A DNA stretch of 64,000 bases from Zootoca vivipara (taxonomy: Eukaryota), in assembly GCF_963506605.1 (NCBI RefSeq), contig NC_083292.1:38316001-38380000 (forward strand). The letters are read 5' to 3'. Below the pieces are notes generated by a model. The model ran no database searches and was not told where the DNA came from. It saw nothing but the letters and a program-made list of their open reading frames with translations. Both the position numbers and the translations under genes were made by a program. Below, one piece after another: positions 27,358 to 40,900 of this stretch (position 1 is the stretch's first letter; every line of letters starts with the position of its first letter).

Positions 27358-30110
27358 GGACTGAGTAGCATACTGCATGTTACGCCCCATCGTGTCCGAC
27401 AGATGAAGCTGATAAAACAAGTGTGGGTTGTTGTTGTTTTGAGAGAGCGAGGGGAAGGGGGTTTCAACATCCACTTGAACAGGCAATGATATGCCTCAGA
27501 GTCACAAGGGGCGAAGTTACAAAAATCCACGGCACGGCACATCGAGATGGGTGGCTACAAGGATGCTTGGACAGGTCCAGAACCCAACCGTGCATTCATT
27601 CATTCACTCTCTCTCTCTGCGCCAGAAACAAGTCATGGATGTGGCTGCGTGAAGCGGCTGGTCCTCAGTTGTCCCGCCTCCGATGAGGGGAGGTAATGGC
27701 AGTTAGTCCCAGCGCTGAATGAGAAACCAGTCCCACTCACTTCTTGAGGCTGATGTGGAGCTTTTCAAAAAAAGATACAAGGCGTGGCTTGTCTCCCCAC
27801 CCCCAATTCTTTTAAAACACCAGAACTTGTGCTTGCTGCTTCCTTAAAACCCAGTCAAAGCAAAGTCATTAAATCGTAACACTATAGAAATAATCCCACT
27901 CCTCTCACCTCACCTTTTTTTTTGGGGGGGGGGTTGGGGTGTGTGGAAGTATACACTTAAATACAACTTCATAAATATTAACATTATGGGGAAAAAACCA
28001 AACCAAAAAAACCTTGTGTTCTTTTCCTCCTTGCGGGACAAAAATAGACGATTCTGGGGATGTTTCCGAAGAGTCAAAGGGTGTCTAATATAGACATTTA
28101 CTTAAAAATATAACTCTTAAAGAGAATTGTGGAGAGGGCAGGGTAAGGCAAGGAAGTAATTTCTCCAAACACAAAGCTGTGTTGTCACCTGGAGTTCTGT
28201 ATGGCTAGAAAAACTGCAGGAATTTAACTACTTTTCTGCATTATGAATGCAAAATAGGATTTGTCCATGTCCCTACTTTGTTTGCTTGTTTAAAAAATAG
28301 AATCAACCAATTATGCCCGACATGTCATGCTTCCTGATCTCTTCACCAAATTTAAGAGACCAAGAGTGCTCCGTTCGCCCTTCCTCCCCCCCTTTTCAGA
28401 GTTAAACAAGGTACACTTGTCAAGCCTGGGCCGAGTATAACGGCTAACCCTGGCTGTCCCTAAGGTGCAGCCCACCTGTGAAAAGCTAACTGTGGGTAGT
28501 CAAAAATTGGCTACATCCACATCAGGCACTGAAAAAAAGGGGGGGGGTTATGTGAACTTGTGGGGCACTCCCTGTTCCTTACAGAAAAAAGAAAGTGTTT
28601 TGCTTCAAGTTTAGGTTCCGGTGGAACGGAGGGAACTTCCGCTATACATCAACATTTTAAACAGAATAAAACCAGCCTGTTTTCATAAGCCTCTAAGCTT
28701 CTTACTGTGATTACTGACAACAGGGGAGATATAAAAAAATACATTTAGGAGAAATATAAATTCTCTTGGTGGAATTCTCTAGGGAGGAAAGGGCTGTCAT
28801 AATTTCAACTTGACCGTAAATGTAGAACATTACTTTAAAAAAAGTATGGCATGACACATGTTCCAAACTGCAGAAGGGGCTCCTGTTTGGAAAATTTAGT
28901 GATTCTCTCACTAAAATTTTGTGCTGCCTTCTTCCCCGCTCTCTCTCCCCCTAATTTAAAGACCTAGTTGCTTTCTTCATAGTTGAAGGGCATCGCAACT
29001 TGGAACGGGGTAGGAAACTTTCACTACGTACAAAGGAGGAAGTGGGCTGTTTTTATAAAGCAAAAGGAGCTGGAACGCTGGAAGATATATGTGTGTGTGT
29101 ATATGTATAATTAAAAAGAAACAAACCAGAAACCAGGGAATTTCAAAATTTTCTTTTTTTAAAAAAAGGAGGTTTATAAGTCTGGAGTCCCTTAAAGGAC
29201 TTAATACTGAGAAAGGGAGGTGTCTTCCTCCCTCACAAAGGCCAGGGGAGATTAAGTTTGGTCCGCTAGTAAAATGCTGAAGGCTTAAAAACCAGCATCT
29301 GGCCATTTTTGCTTCTGAGCAGACGTGCTTACAGTGCTTCTGAGCAGACGTGCTTACAGTAGAGTTTAAAGGGGGTGAGGTGCTATCGCTTGCACTAAAA
29401 TAAAAAGCAAGATTTAAAAATGTGCAAGACATCATTGGATGTGTGACCCGCCCCCACCAAGAGGATAGTTTCTCCATTGGACCCCTTGGAGAAAAGGCTG
29501 TTCTTGGTGCATCGGAAGTTTCTTGACCTAAAAACGACATACTTTAAAAAACAAGAACCTAAAGAACCATCACCCCAATACGGCAGTTTGAAAGGGGGGG
29601 GGAGTTTTAAATACAAGTTTAAAATAAAATGTCAATGTTCATATTTTTGCAAAGCGTTCCAAGTGGGGCAAGACCAACAGATACCCTGATTCCCCCCCCC
29701 CCCCGCTCCCGTGAAGGATCGGGAACACAGAGAGGAGCCCCTTCGCAGCATCAAGACGTTCTCTGCTCAGGCATTTGGGACCACCTAGAAGGGTACCTGT
29801 CCCTTCTTGAGACACAGCCTGGAAAACCCTTGTGGCTCAGGGAAGGCTCTTCTGCCTGCGCCAGAGGAAACCTAGGGTCCCCCATCAGAGACCCGGCGGA
29901 CTTCAGGAACGTTGGCGGATAACACTACTTTGCCGCAGGTGTGTGTGAGAGAGGGGCTGAGCCCCCCGTTTTGTCTGTTCGGATCACTTAAAAGTTCTAG
30001 GTATCAGCAGCCTGGGAAGGGCTGGAGGTTCAGTGCTCCACAGACAACGCAGAGTGTGTGGAGGAAAGTCTTCCGCTCATGTCTAAAGAAGGAATCCACC
30101 CCATGATATT

Positions 30111-33100
30111 TCACTGCAAAAAGAAAGAAAGAAAAGGGAGTTAGGCAGGTTTCAGGAAGATTGTGCCTGCAGCTTAGGAGAAGATTTCTGTGGTGGAGTG
30201 ATGCATTGTGGGAGAAAAGGATATGCTGTTTTTGGAAAGAGGCAAACTGAAATATCCTTGGGAAGAAATGAGGATTTTAAAAAAGTGGAAAGTAGTACCA
30301 GTTCTGAATGACGGGGATCAGGAGCTTGGCAGTACACCTAAGAGAGTGCAAATACTAAATCGAGTTTGGTTCTGATCTTCTGGGGTTTGATTTAACTACT
30401 GTGGCTAAAAAACGGAACTTCTCTTGAGTTGCCCTGGAAGTGGGAACTCCCTTAACAGGGCAGCTGCAAGCAGCAGCGTAACTCGAACTCCCTGCCTATT
30501 GAAAGCAGCACCTTCTCTGTACTCTTTTTGGTTTAGACAAGCCTTCCCAGACTTGGATGCAGAATGTGGATGTATGTTTTAATGTGTTTTTAGCTGATGT
30601 TCATCTTTTGAACATTTTAATAGTTGTTTTTATGGATACAGTCATACCTCTGAAGTCGAACAGAATCCGTTCCAAAAGTCCATTCGACTTCCAAAGTGTG
30701 GCTTCTGATTGCCTGCAGGAAGCTCTTGCAGCCAGCCAGAAGCCGCAGAAGCCTCGTTGGATGTCCGGCTTCCAAAAGAACACTCGAAAACCAGAATACT
30801 CACTTCCAGTTTTCGATCGTTCAACTCCCAAGACGTTCGGGAGCCAAGGTATGACTAATTCTACTGTTTTATTCTCTTTGTAAACTGCTTTGGGATTCTT
30901 CTTCTTTTTACAATACAGTGGTGTGTAATTTTATTAAATAAATAAGCATAGGCAAAGTCAACTAGGGGTCCCCGAGTGCCTGAGGTTTGCCAGTGCTTTT
31001 CGTGAGTTCCAAGAGTCCAATGCAGCTGCCAGGAGGGCACCAAGCTGGTGACCCCTCCTTCTCTTAAAAAAGACAACTTACAAAGCTGATCTCCGTCTCT
31101 GGCAAGTCTTCAAATTGCTCCGTCAGCTCAGAGGGACGTCCTGGTGCGGAGGGTCCTGGAGAAATGCTGGGTGGGGGCAGAGGGGAGAAAAGAAGATGCT
31201 TTAAAAAAGGCCGCTATGATTATGAAGTGTACCCTCCCCAGGTTACACCGCAAAGGCTGCTCAAAAACAGGACTGGTGTTCGTTTATGGTACCAGCTTTC
31301 ATGGGCAGGTGTTTGCTACAAAGGAATCCCTTTCCTCCCCATAAGTGGCCAGCTGATCAGTAGTAAGGGCTTCTCCCCCAAAGAACCCCACAGCTGTATC
31401 AGGCCAAAGGAGGTTCATCTTGTCTAGATTCCTGTTCTCACAGAGCCCAACCAGATGCCCCCAAGGGAAGCTCTTTAGCAGCATGTGAGAGTCAGAGAAG
31501 AGGGGACCATCAAGATGCAAGGAGCTTCCTGCTGGTTCCCAGAGGGGTCTCAGGGCTGCTGAGCCTTTCCTTCGCCTCCACTGCAGGAAGGGGAAAGATC
31601 AGCTCCTTGTTGATTAGTTTAACCCACAACACACAGGAAAAAATCTCAGCCAAACCAACTGGTAAAAACCAAAGCTTCCTCCCCATTCATCATTTCCATG
31701 GAGGGTGGTGGGGAGGGGGCATTTGAGAAGTCAAAAACTTTATTGCTGCTAACAAGAGTAACTCTTGAAGCACACGGGGATGAAAGGTGGGATCTTATTT
31801 CTATACAGCTGCTTGCTTAGCTCTTCCCAGGTTCCTGTTGCTCTTTCTCTGATCTTGCTTGTTTTGAATCCAGTTAACTTCTCCAGACCAATTCTCTGCC
31901 CCAACCTGAACCAAGAGAGAGTTCAGCTGCAGAAAGAAGCTGATCTCACTAGAGAGAGAAAGTCTGTGTCTTGGCTGCAGGTGGCAGTTTGATGGGATCT
32001 GGGCATAGCTGTCAAGTTTTCCCTTTTTTAAAGGCAAATTCCCTTATGTTGAATAGGCTTCATCGTGAGAAAAGGGAAAACTTGACAGCTATGGATTTGG
32101 GGATCATCTATAAAAAATAAATGAAAATTGCTGCAAGCAGCAAACCTCCCCTTCTCCCTGATGAACTAGCTTTCTACATGCAGGAGAATTAAAACTGTGC
32201 AAAAGTCTTGAGTGAAAAATTTCTGGCTGAGCAGGAATTAGATTTTGCTGAATGTGACTCAACATCCCACGAAAGAGGGGAAAAAACCCAAACCCAAGGC
32301 AGTTTCCAACTTGCAATTCCACGCCGGGGGGAGGGGTCTGTGCCTTAAGGGATGGGGGTGACCACTATCTGTGGCCCTGCAGAGATTGCTGGAACTCCCA
32401 ACTCCCATCAACCAGCACAGCCAACATTCAGGGATGATGATAATGATGGGAACTGTAGTCTGGCAACATCTGGAGGTCCAGAGGTTCTTCCCATTCCAGG
32501 GTATTATTGGGACACCGCACATTGATGCCTTCCTTGTCTGACAGGGTGAGTTTTTCACCTACTTGGGAGAACGTTGAACTAGCTACCTCTGAAGATAAGC
32601 TGTTTTCCTGTGACCTATGTGGAGATCAAGAGACAGACCTTTCATCATTCCTTAGACGGCTGTACTCTATTAAACACACACCAGTGACCCCCCACCTCCT
32701 TCCCTTCCCACAAGATCTTCCGGGTCAAGGAAACCTCTTCTTTTAAAAAGTAAAAAAGGCAAGTGATGGCACCCTCTCTAAAATGTGCTGCATTTCTATA
32801 GCCTGTTTCAGCTAAGAAAACACGCTATGTGCTGTGACAGCCAAGAAGGGAGATGGCAGAATAGGGGGGGCGGGGTATTTGTGTAGCAAGGAACAAAGGA
32901 AGAAGCCTGCTTTTAAAACATTTTTTTTGCCAGCTTTTTAAAGCTTACTTTACTTTGTGCAAAACACAAACTGGCCTTTTCACAAGGTGGCACAAATACC
33001 TAGCTCCAATCCCACCCCCCCACCCCCCAATCTTCACAGGGGCTGGGAGAAGCTCTTCAAAATTGGGACAATGGGGGTCATCTAAAAGTGGATGAGAAAG

Positions 33101-36100
33101 AGAAGGAGGAATGTGTTGTGGAAGAACCCCAAGGGGTCAGTGCAAGGCAGGAAGGTGGTCAGGTGAACTGCTCACAGCCAACGCTGTTTCCCTGCCTTTG
33201 AAGCAGTGGCACCCAAACTCCAGAACACAATCCCCAGGGAGGCTCCCCTTGATGCTGTTTCGAGGACAGGATAAACTGCCTTGGTCCCCCCCCCCAGGTG
33301 TTTTTGATCCTGCCTTTTCATTTCTGTGCAGTCTTCACACACCTCTCTCAAAACGTATCATTTGTATGTTTTGATTGTGGCTGTTGTTTTCTTAAGATGT
33401 CCTGGAGATCTATTTGAAGGGTAGGGCGGAAACCCCCAAAATAAAAGAAGTTGGCTGACAGGAGCTTATCGTGCCTTTTTTATTTCTTTAATCCCATAAT
33501 CTGTTCCGAGGCCTACAGAGAAGGGGTGCTAAAAGCACCTCCTAAGGGCTTCCTGGTGTGTGTAAAGACAGACAAAGTAAGGCAGTCTCCACCTCCCTTA
33601 ATCTATGAGCAATTTTCTTTTCCTTTTGGAACAGTTTTTGAACTTGTCAATAAATAGAACAAAAGTGCCCCACCGGCTGGTCTGCGTATGTCTCATCTCA
33701 CCTACGGCTACTGCTGAGGCTGAACCTGGTCTTGCTAAAACACATGTCTGCATAGCTCTGCCTGTAACCTAGGCAAAGATTAAAAGGGGAAGGGGGAAGG
33801 GTTAATTAAGTGCATCATTCTATATGGGCAAGGCTGAAAACACAGCTGGACACCAAGCTGTGAGAAACCCAGGGAAGCCATCTGAACAGCAGCCAGGCCC
33901 AGCCTTTAGAGTCTGCTTTCTGGGGCAGCTAGAAGCCTGGATGGCTGACTGGGTGGGCAGGGAGGCAGGAATAGCAGCTTCGCTGGATCAGACCAATGGC
34001 CGATCTCAAATCCAGTATCCTTCTTTCCCAGACGTCTCTGGGGATCTTTTGGGTCCACATTGTGGGGTGCTCTCCATCCCAGGTGTGGGTAGGCTGGGCC
34101 GCAATCAACAGGAACCTTTGCAGGATGGTTAAGGATGATGGGGAGGGCAGGGAGGAGACAAGGCATGGATTCCTGCTCTGCCCATGCCACGTACAGTCAC
34201 AGCAAAGAGGCATTTCAGCACAAGTTAAGAATAATTCAAACATCACCCAATTAGGACAGCAGAAAAGCCCCTCCTCAAGTTCAAAGGTGAAAAAGAGACA
34301 GCTACTAAGGTCTTGGCCCCCCACCCCTCACCTAGGGAAGGAGCTCTCTGGAGTCGGATCCATTGAGGTACCTGATTTGTGCACTTCCACTCCTATCGAC
34401 CTAAACAGAGAAATAAAAAGAGAGAGAAAGATGGAGAGCATGCCTGATTCTCAGTGGCAATGAACTGAGTGGTGAGGATCTAGGAATCTGAGCTGCTTTG
34501 CACAATACTTTTTGGAAAAGGAGGGGAAAAACAAAACAGCTAGCATGGCTGAACCAAGAGAAGAAAAGTTCATATATATTCTCCCTCTTTTTTCCTCCTT
34601 TATCCTGGAGAAGAATCCCACCCCTGCTATTCACAATCCAATTTCCAAGCTGCTGATTCAGCAAGAGATGCAAATAAAATTGTAATCATTAGTCCAGGAG
34701 GGATTTCCCCCACCCTTAAAAAAAAAAACCAGCAGGTGGAGCTGCTATTAGCCCCCCACCCAGCATCACCCCTTTTTTATTTCCTTAAATCTCCTCTTCT
34801 CATTACATATCAGGAGAGGGAATTTAAGGAAATACAAATGGGGGGTGAGGCTGGGTTGGGGATTGGTGATAAAGCAACAGAGAGGGGAAGGAACATTACA
34901 TGAAAAGGGTGGCGAGAGAGAAATTAAGCTAGCGTGGTATATTTGTGTCAAGAAAGCGCAATTGCATTTCATCCAATAAAGTGCAAAAGGGGGGAGAAGC
35001 AAGACAAGACAGACTTTTTAACCACAACTGATGAGTGACTTCAATTAAGCGCCCTCAACAAAACCTGACAGCTCCCCACCTGAAGCTGTGATTTCCCTCA
35101 TCTCTGTCTGTTCATGCCGTGCAAATTTATATTTTTAAAGGGGAGATTCCCAAGTGCAGGGGGTGGCTCAGGTCACAAGGCCCCCGAGCAAAACTGCTTT
35201 TGGCGAAGAGCCTGTTGCAATTAAAACAGGGACTTTTTAAAAAAGCTAGTCGTAAATGGCAATACTGCTGGTCGTGCAGCTGAAGACTAAGCTTAGCAGG
35301 GTGGGCTGGGCTAAATACAGGAGTAGTTTTGAACTCGCACACCAAAATCCTCTTGCCCCGCAAGGCAAATCTTAAGATATTGAAGATGTTGCCAAGGGTC
35401 TTTGTGACATTTGTGACAAAACAACCAGTCTAGATTGGTGTTCTGCCTGGACACTGGGGCATCAAATGTGGTTTGCAGCCTGCTTGGGTGTTTGTTCCTA
35501 AGCAAGGAGAGGTTGCGAGGGAGAAGTGAAGTCCTAATCCTACAGCTTCTCGTAACACTCCCCCCCCCCGAAAAGCCCTTGGGGAGCTCTATGAACAGAC
35601 CAACTGAATCAGAGCAAAAGTCTGTCTGCTTTGGTTTCCTGTCCAAGCAGATGCCTTCCCTGAAAAGCTCACAAGCAGGATGCGAAGGCGAGAGCCCCCT
35701 GCACACCCACACCCCTGAAATTCTGTAGTTTCCTGCCTCTGAACCTTGGGTGCGGCCTGGTGTCTGTGTCCCTCATCTCCCTGTTGAACTTTGACATAGT
35801 TGACTAAAGGTCGATGAGAGCAGGCAGGCCCCACTCCTTGAGGGATGACAGCTGGCCCACCAGCTGCCAGCTTCGAAGGCAAAAAGAAGGGGGGAGAAGA
35901 ATGCAAACCACAGCCAAATAAATTTGCTCTATTACAGGGGAGGGGAGGGATCAAAGGATTGGTGCAGCACACCTCAGTCACTTTCCCAAGGCACCCACTT
36001 CCCATCAGGGAAAGCCAGCTGCAAATCTGGGCTGCCATGACCACTGCCTGCAGATCCTCAGCCCTAGATCGCAGGATGTGACAGTTAATTTTGTAATAAA

Positions 36101-37423
36101 ATAAACCCACTCTCACTACAAACAGTCTTACGGCAGACTGGTTTCCACACGTGCATGTACGGAAAACCTGCGAGTCAACAAGAAGCCAACAGCCAGACCC
36201 AGCCTTACCTGTTGGCTGGTGAATCGTGGCTTCTGCTCCCCAAGGAGGAGGTGGATAAGGTTGTGGCAGCTGAGTCGCTGTTTATTTCCTCTGCAAGGGG
36301 AGTGTGGGGGAGAAGGTCAGGGCGGCCCAGCTGGGAACCTGAGGAAGAGGGAAAAGGGGTGCTCAAGCTTTAAAGCTGTAATTTGAGGACATTGTAATTT
36401 GGCATCTTCATCTCCCTGTTCTTCCTTCCATGCCTTAGCCTGGAATCTGCTAGGAGGAACTGCCCTTGGCTTCTCATTCACTCCCAGCCGGGGGGGACCC
36501 TTGGTGTTGTTCCGTGCAGTAGATGGAAGAGGCTTCAACAACAGATCCCTGCTTCACTTTAGATAGTACCATAGGAAACTGTTTTGTACCAAGTCAGACC
36601 TTTGGGCCAGCTTGCTCAGTGGTGTCTACACTGATTGGCAGCAGCTGCTCTCCAGAGCTCCATGGCTCTCTCTCTCAGCCCGGCCTGGAGACACCATTGG
36701 GGATTGAACCTGGAACAAAATGTTCTACCCACTTCCTCTGGGTCTCTGCCCTACCCCACTCCATCCCAGACTAGTTTGAACAGCATCATGCTCAGAAAGA
36801 CAAACAGAAGCCCCCCCCACTAAATCCACCACTGGGCAGAGCCATTACGCACGGAAGGGGCATGAAAGAAGAGTCTGGATCCCCCAACAGGTCTTTTCCC
36901 TGTCTCTGCGGAGGGTTTTTATGCAGGGAGCATGAAACCTCCCCGCCTGAAGCATGAAATGTTGCAGCCAAGCAACTGATGAAGACACATCTGGGTGTCG
37001 CCACAGCTTGTCAGGCTGGGACAGGCAGGAAGGCCTTGGTCCTGACATGCCTCCCCCCCCAACTCCTCCCCCCAACCTCTGGGGAGCCACCAACCTTGCT
37101 CGATTTCCGCCTCCATCGTGAACTGCGCTTTTGCCTCGCACAGCCCTTGCACCTGGGATGGGGCGCCACCCTGGCCTGGCCGCCGGGGAGGTCCTGCACC
37201 AGACCGGCTCTTTTTCGAAGGGGAAGATTTAACTTTGAAAGGGAAAGAGAAACCAGAGACGTGTATACCAGATGTAGCCTTATTGGCAGCCTTCGTCTTG
37301 CCTATTAAGCAAGGCGCAAGGCTTAACACAAACAAAATATAGGGGTGGAGGGGGGTACTCAAATCACTTGAAATAGAAAGCCTTTTAAGTAGCTGTGACT
37401 CAACAATAACCAAGTTAGGACTG

Positions 37424-37461
<38 letters not shown>

Positions 37462-37882
37462 AACTGAAATGTCCAACATACTGTAGTTCAGTGGCTCACT
37501 TTGGGATGCTCTCTTTGGGGAGAGACCACGGTACAAATCCCCACTCAAGCCCAGCAGCCTTAACCAGATAGGCTGGAGAGTCAACCCAGGGGCCATCGAT
37601 AGGCAAAGTCGGGCACTATGACTGAGCTTCAGCCTCTCTCCCTAAACATCCCAACCAAAAAGCCAAACTGAGAGGTTTCAATGGCTTCTCGACCACCTGC
37701 GGCCTTCTGGGCGCTGTTGGACTCCCATCAGCCAGCATGGTTATTGCTTGTCAAGGTTTTTTAGAAGCTCCAATGGTTTCTTATTGTCTTAACTCTGCAA
37801 TTATTTTTAATTTGTACTGCTCTAACTTTTTGATGTTTGTCTCCCTGGGCTCCTTTGGGAGGAAGGGCAGAAAGTAGTAGTA

Positions 37883-37927
<45 letters not shown>

Positions 37928-40900
37928 GGAATGGTGATAGGAGTCCTGCAAACATCTGGAGAGACAAAAGTCCCATGCCCTGGACTAAGAACTGCTTAGA
38001 TTATGTACCATCCAGTATGGCAGGGTTTATTTTGGGTCCGCTGGGAATCCTTCCAAGGCATCAATGCAGCAGAATTGTCACACTATTTTCAGAGATGGCC
38101 CAGAAAAGCCTGCTAGAGTTCCACCCACCCAGAACAGGGTACGTTTGTGACCAGTGAACCCAAGTAACTTACAAGGGATTTTCTTGAAGACAATGTTACA
38201 CATGAACCGCTGGAATCTTTCTGCATAAAAACTGGGCCGGTGAACCGAAACTGTATCCTGCAATGAAGAGCCAAACAGCAAAGAGTCACATCAAGTAAAC
38301 AAGGATGAAAGCAAAAAAAAACCCCAGGCAACAAAATTTAAATCGGAATAAAACCAGCAACAATTTGCCCACATAGTAGAAAAAAGCAACCTCAAAAACT
38401 GACATCTACACAATACATGGCCAGAAAAAAAACTGATCAGAAAATGATTAATTCATAACAAAAGGGCCCATTGTAGGCCAGAAAATTCTGGGAGCAAAAA
38501 AAGTAAAAAACTGGTGCCCAAAAAAGATGTTTGGTGCCAGGTGGGCTTCTCTGGAGAAACCACCCCAAAAGCATTAAGGAGAGTTCACCTCAAAAGCATC
38601 GTTCTATTTACTGAAAACAACAACAAACTATTACAACATCTAGTTCTAGGAAGAAACTCAAGGCAGCTAACAAATAAAAAAAACACCACAAAATGCCTGG
38701 ATCCTTGCATCTGCAGGCTCTGGTCTCCCCACACACCCCAAAGAAATGATGGCCAAAATTGACATACAAAAGCGGGGGGAAGGGAATAGCGTTCTCTCTC
38801 TCTCCTTTACACCCCGCTTTCCTCCAGCTTCAGAAGTAAAGCAAACAATCGTCACCACCCAGCACTTCCCAGACAAGACAGAACAACAAGAAGCAGTGGG
38901 TTTTGGCTGCTCACCCCATCATGAACAAGGGCTTTCCACGAGTGCTCCAACTTCTTAATGAACCTAGTAAGGAAGATTTTGAAAGGTGGAGACAAGTTAG
39001 CCTCACAGATTTTAAGATCAGTGCATTTTTTTGAGGGAGGGCAGAAGAAGAGGAGACGAAGCAACCTTCTACTCTTCCTAACCCCATGTTTTGTCCACTG
39101 GCCTGCTATCCAACTTGCCTGTAATCCAAGCCTCCCAAATTCAGCTTCCTTCCAGAGGGACACTCTAGGCCTCGCCAGGAGGATTATCTTGTCTGCTCCT
39201 GGATCCCCTGGTTTTGCTATTCCAATTCTTAATAAATAAAATGGCTGATTCTAAACATGTCTGGTTAGCCTCGAATCTCATACACAAACCAGGCTGATTT
39301 CTACTTTTGTGGGTTTTTCTTTTTCTGCACGCACACACACACACACACGCACACACACACCCCTCACTCTGAAGTTTAACTGGCTGCAACTCACCACCAA
39401 GTGGTTTGTTGCCTTGGCGCCACAGAAACACTTTGCTAACAGTGCAATACATTGAGAAAATTCCTGGCCAGAGCAAGCCACCGCCTGCTCCCTTTCCTCT
39501 CGCTGACTTCCACCCCATGTTATCACTTCCTGTACACTTCCCTCGGCACAACAACTCAACCTGATGTGCAGCCTAATTTGTGAGGGCTTGCCCGCTCAGC
39601 CTGCTTAGTCAGTCTTAATTACTTCCAGAGAGCAGGAGATTCATTGCTTGCCCTTTGCTATTTTCCTAGGTGGCGAAGGCAGCCCTGCACCTCTTTGGGC
39701 TCCCTTCTGACTCCCGCACTGACGGCTTTAATTGTCAGGCTTTAGCCTGCTGAACTGATTGCCTCTGCATCTCCTCACAGCCACAGTAAGTTTTGTATCT
39801 GGGGGAATGCAAGGCAGCAGTTTTCCTTGGAATTGAGATAAAATCCCAACGCAGAAAAGCCCAGCCCTTAGGGAAGGCCAAGACCTGTCCCTTTCAGAGG
39901 GGTCCTCTAACTTCTAGATGGGAATTGGGAGTCTAGCCACATCTGGGGAGCCAGCAGTTAGCCACATCAGAGGTGGGGAACTACTTGTCAACCCAAGGGC
40001 TGTTTTCTTCTCCATGGCAAGACTTTGGGAGTGAGGGCACACACGCCAGTGGTAGATGGGGCCAGAGGTCAGAGCAGGAGGAGCAATGGACTGGTCTTTG
40101 TACAGTCCAGCTATGCAGATGCTGAAAACCTTCACACACACAAAGGCACCTCTCCCCATCCAGCCAAACGAGAGGCACGATCACAGTTCTCAAGGGGAAG
40201 GGTTCTTTTGGTGGGTGAGTCCCAAAGGCTGGGCAGAGAAGCCCAGAGGGCTGCATTTGGCCTCCAGCTTTTGCCATCTGTGATGGCCAGGGATGATGGG
40301 AGTTGTAGTCCAGCAACCTCTGGAGGACCCCAGGCTGGCAATGACTGGATGAAGTGGTAGGAACATAAGAAGAGACCTGCTGGATCAGGCCAATGGCCCA
40401 TCTAGTCCAGCATCCTGTTCTCACACTGGCCCACCAGATGCCTGTGGGAAACCCACAAGGAGTATTCAAGCACAACAATCACTTCCTGGGGTTTCCAGCA
40501 ACTGGTATTCAGAAGCAATACTGCCTGAAACTGTGGAAGCCGAGCAAAGCCATCACAATACAAAGATGTTGACTCCTCACCTGTAAGATTGCAGCACATC
40601 GATGATCCCCACGTAGAGAAGCAGCCTCTCCCCCTTGGCGTTCCGGGCCGGGATCCCTCCCATTCTGGGCAAGAGAGGTGAAAAGGAAAAAAGAGAAGAG
40701 TCTCAGAAGGTGCCCCAGCCCAGCCAAAAGGCATTTTCACCCACTGCTCCCACCCCTGTGGTTCAGCCCCACGCAGAGCCCATTGGGAACAGTTGGGCCT
40801 GGCTTGGCACTTGGCCAAATGCCCACACACAAAGCGGGAAAATGACTGGCTTGCAGCATGAGAACAGCCAGGTCAACAGTTTTGGGGAGAGGCATTTGGA

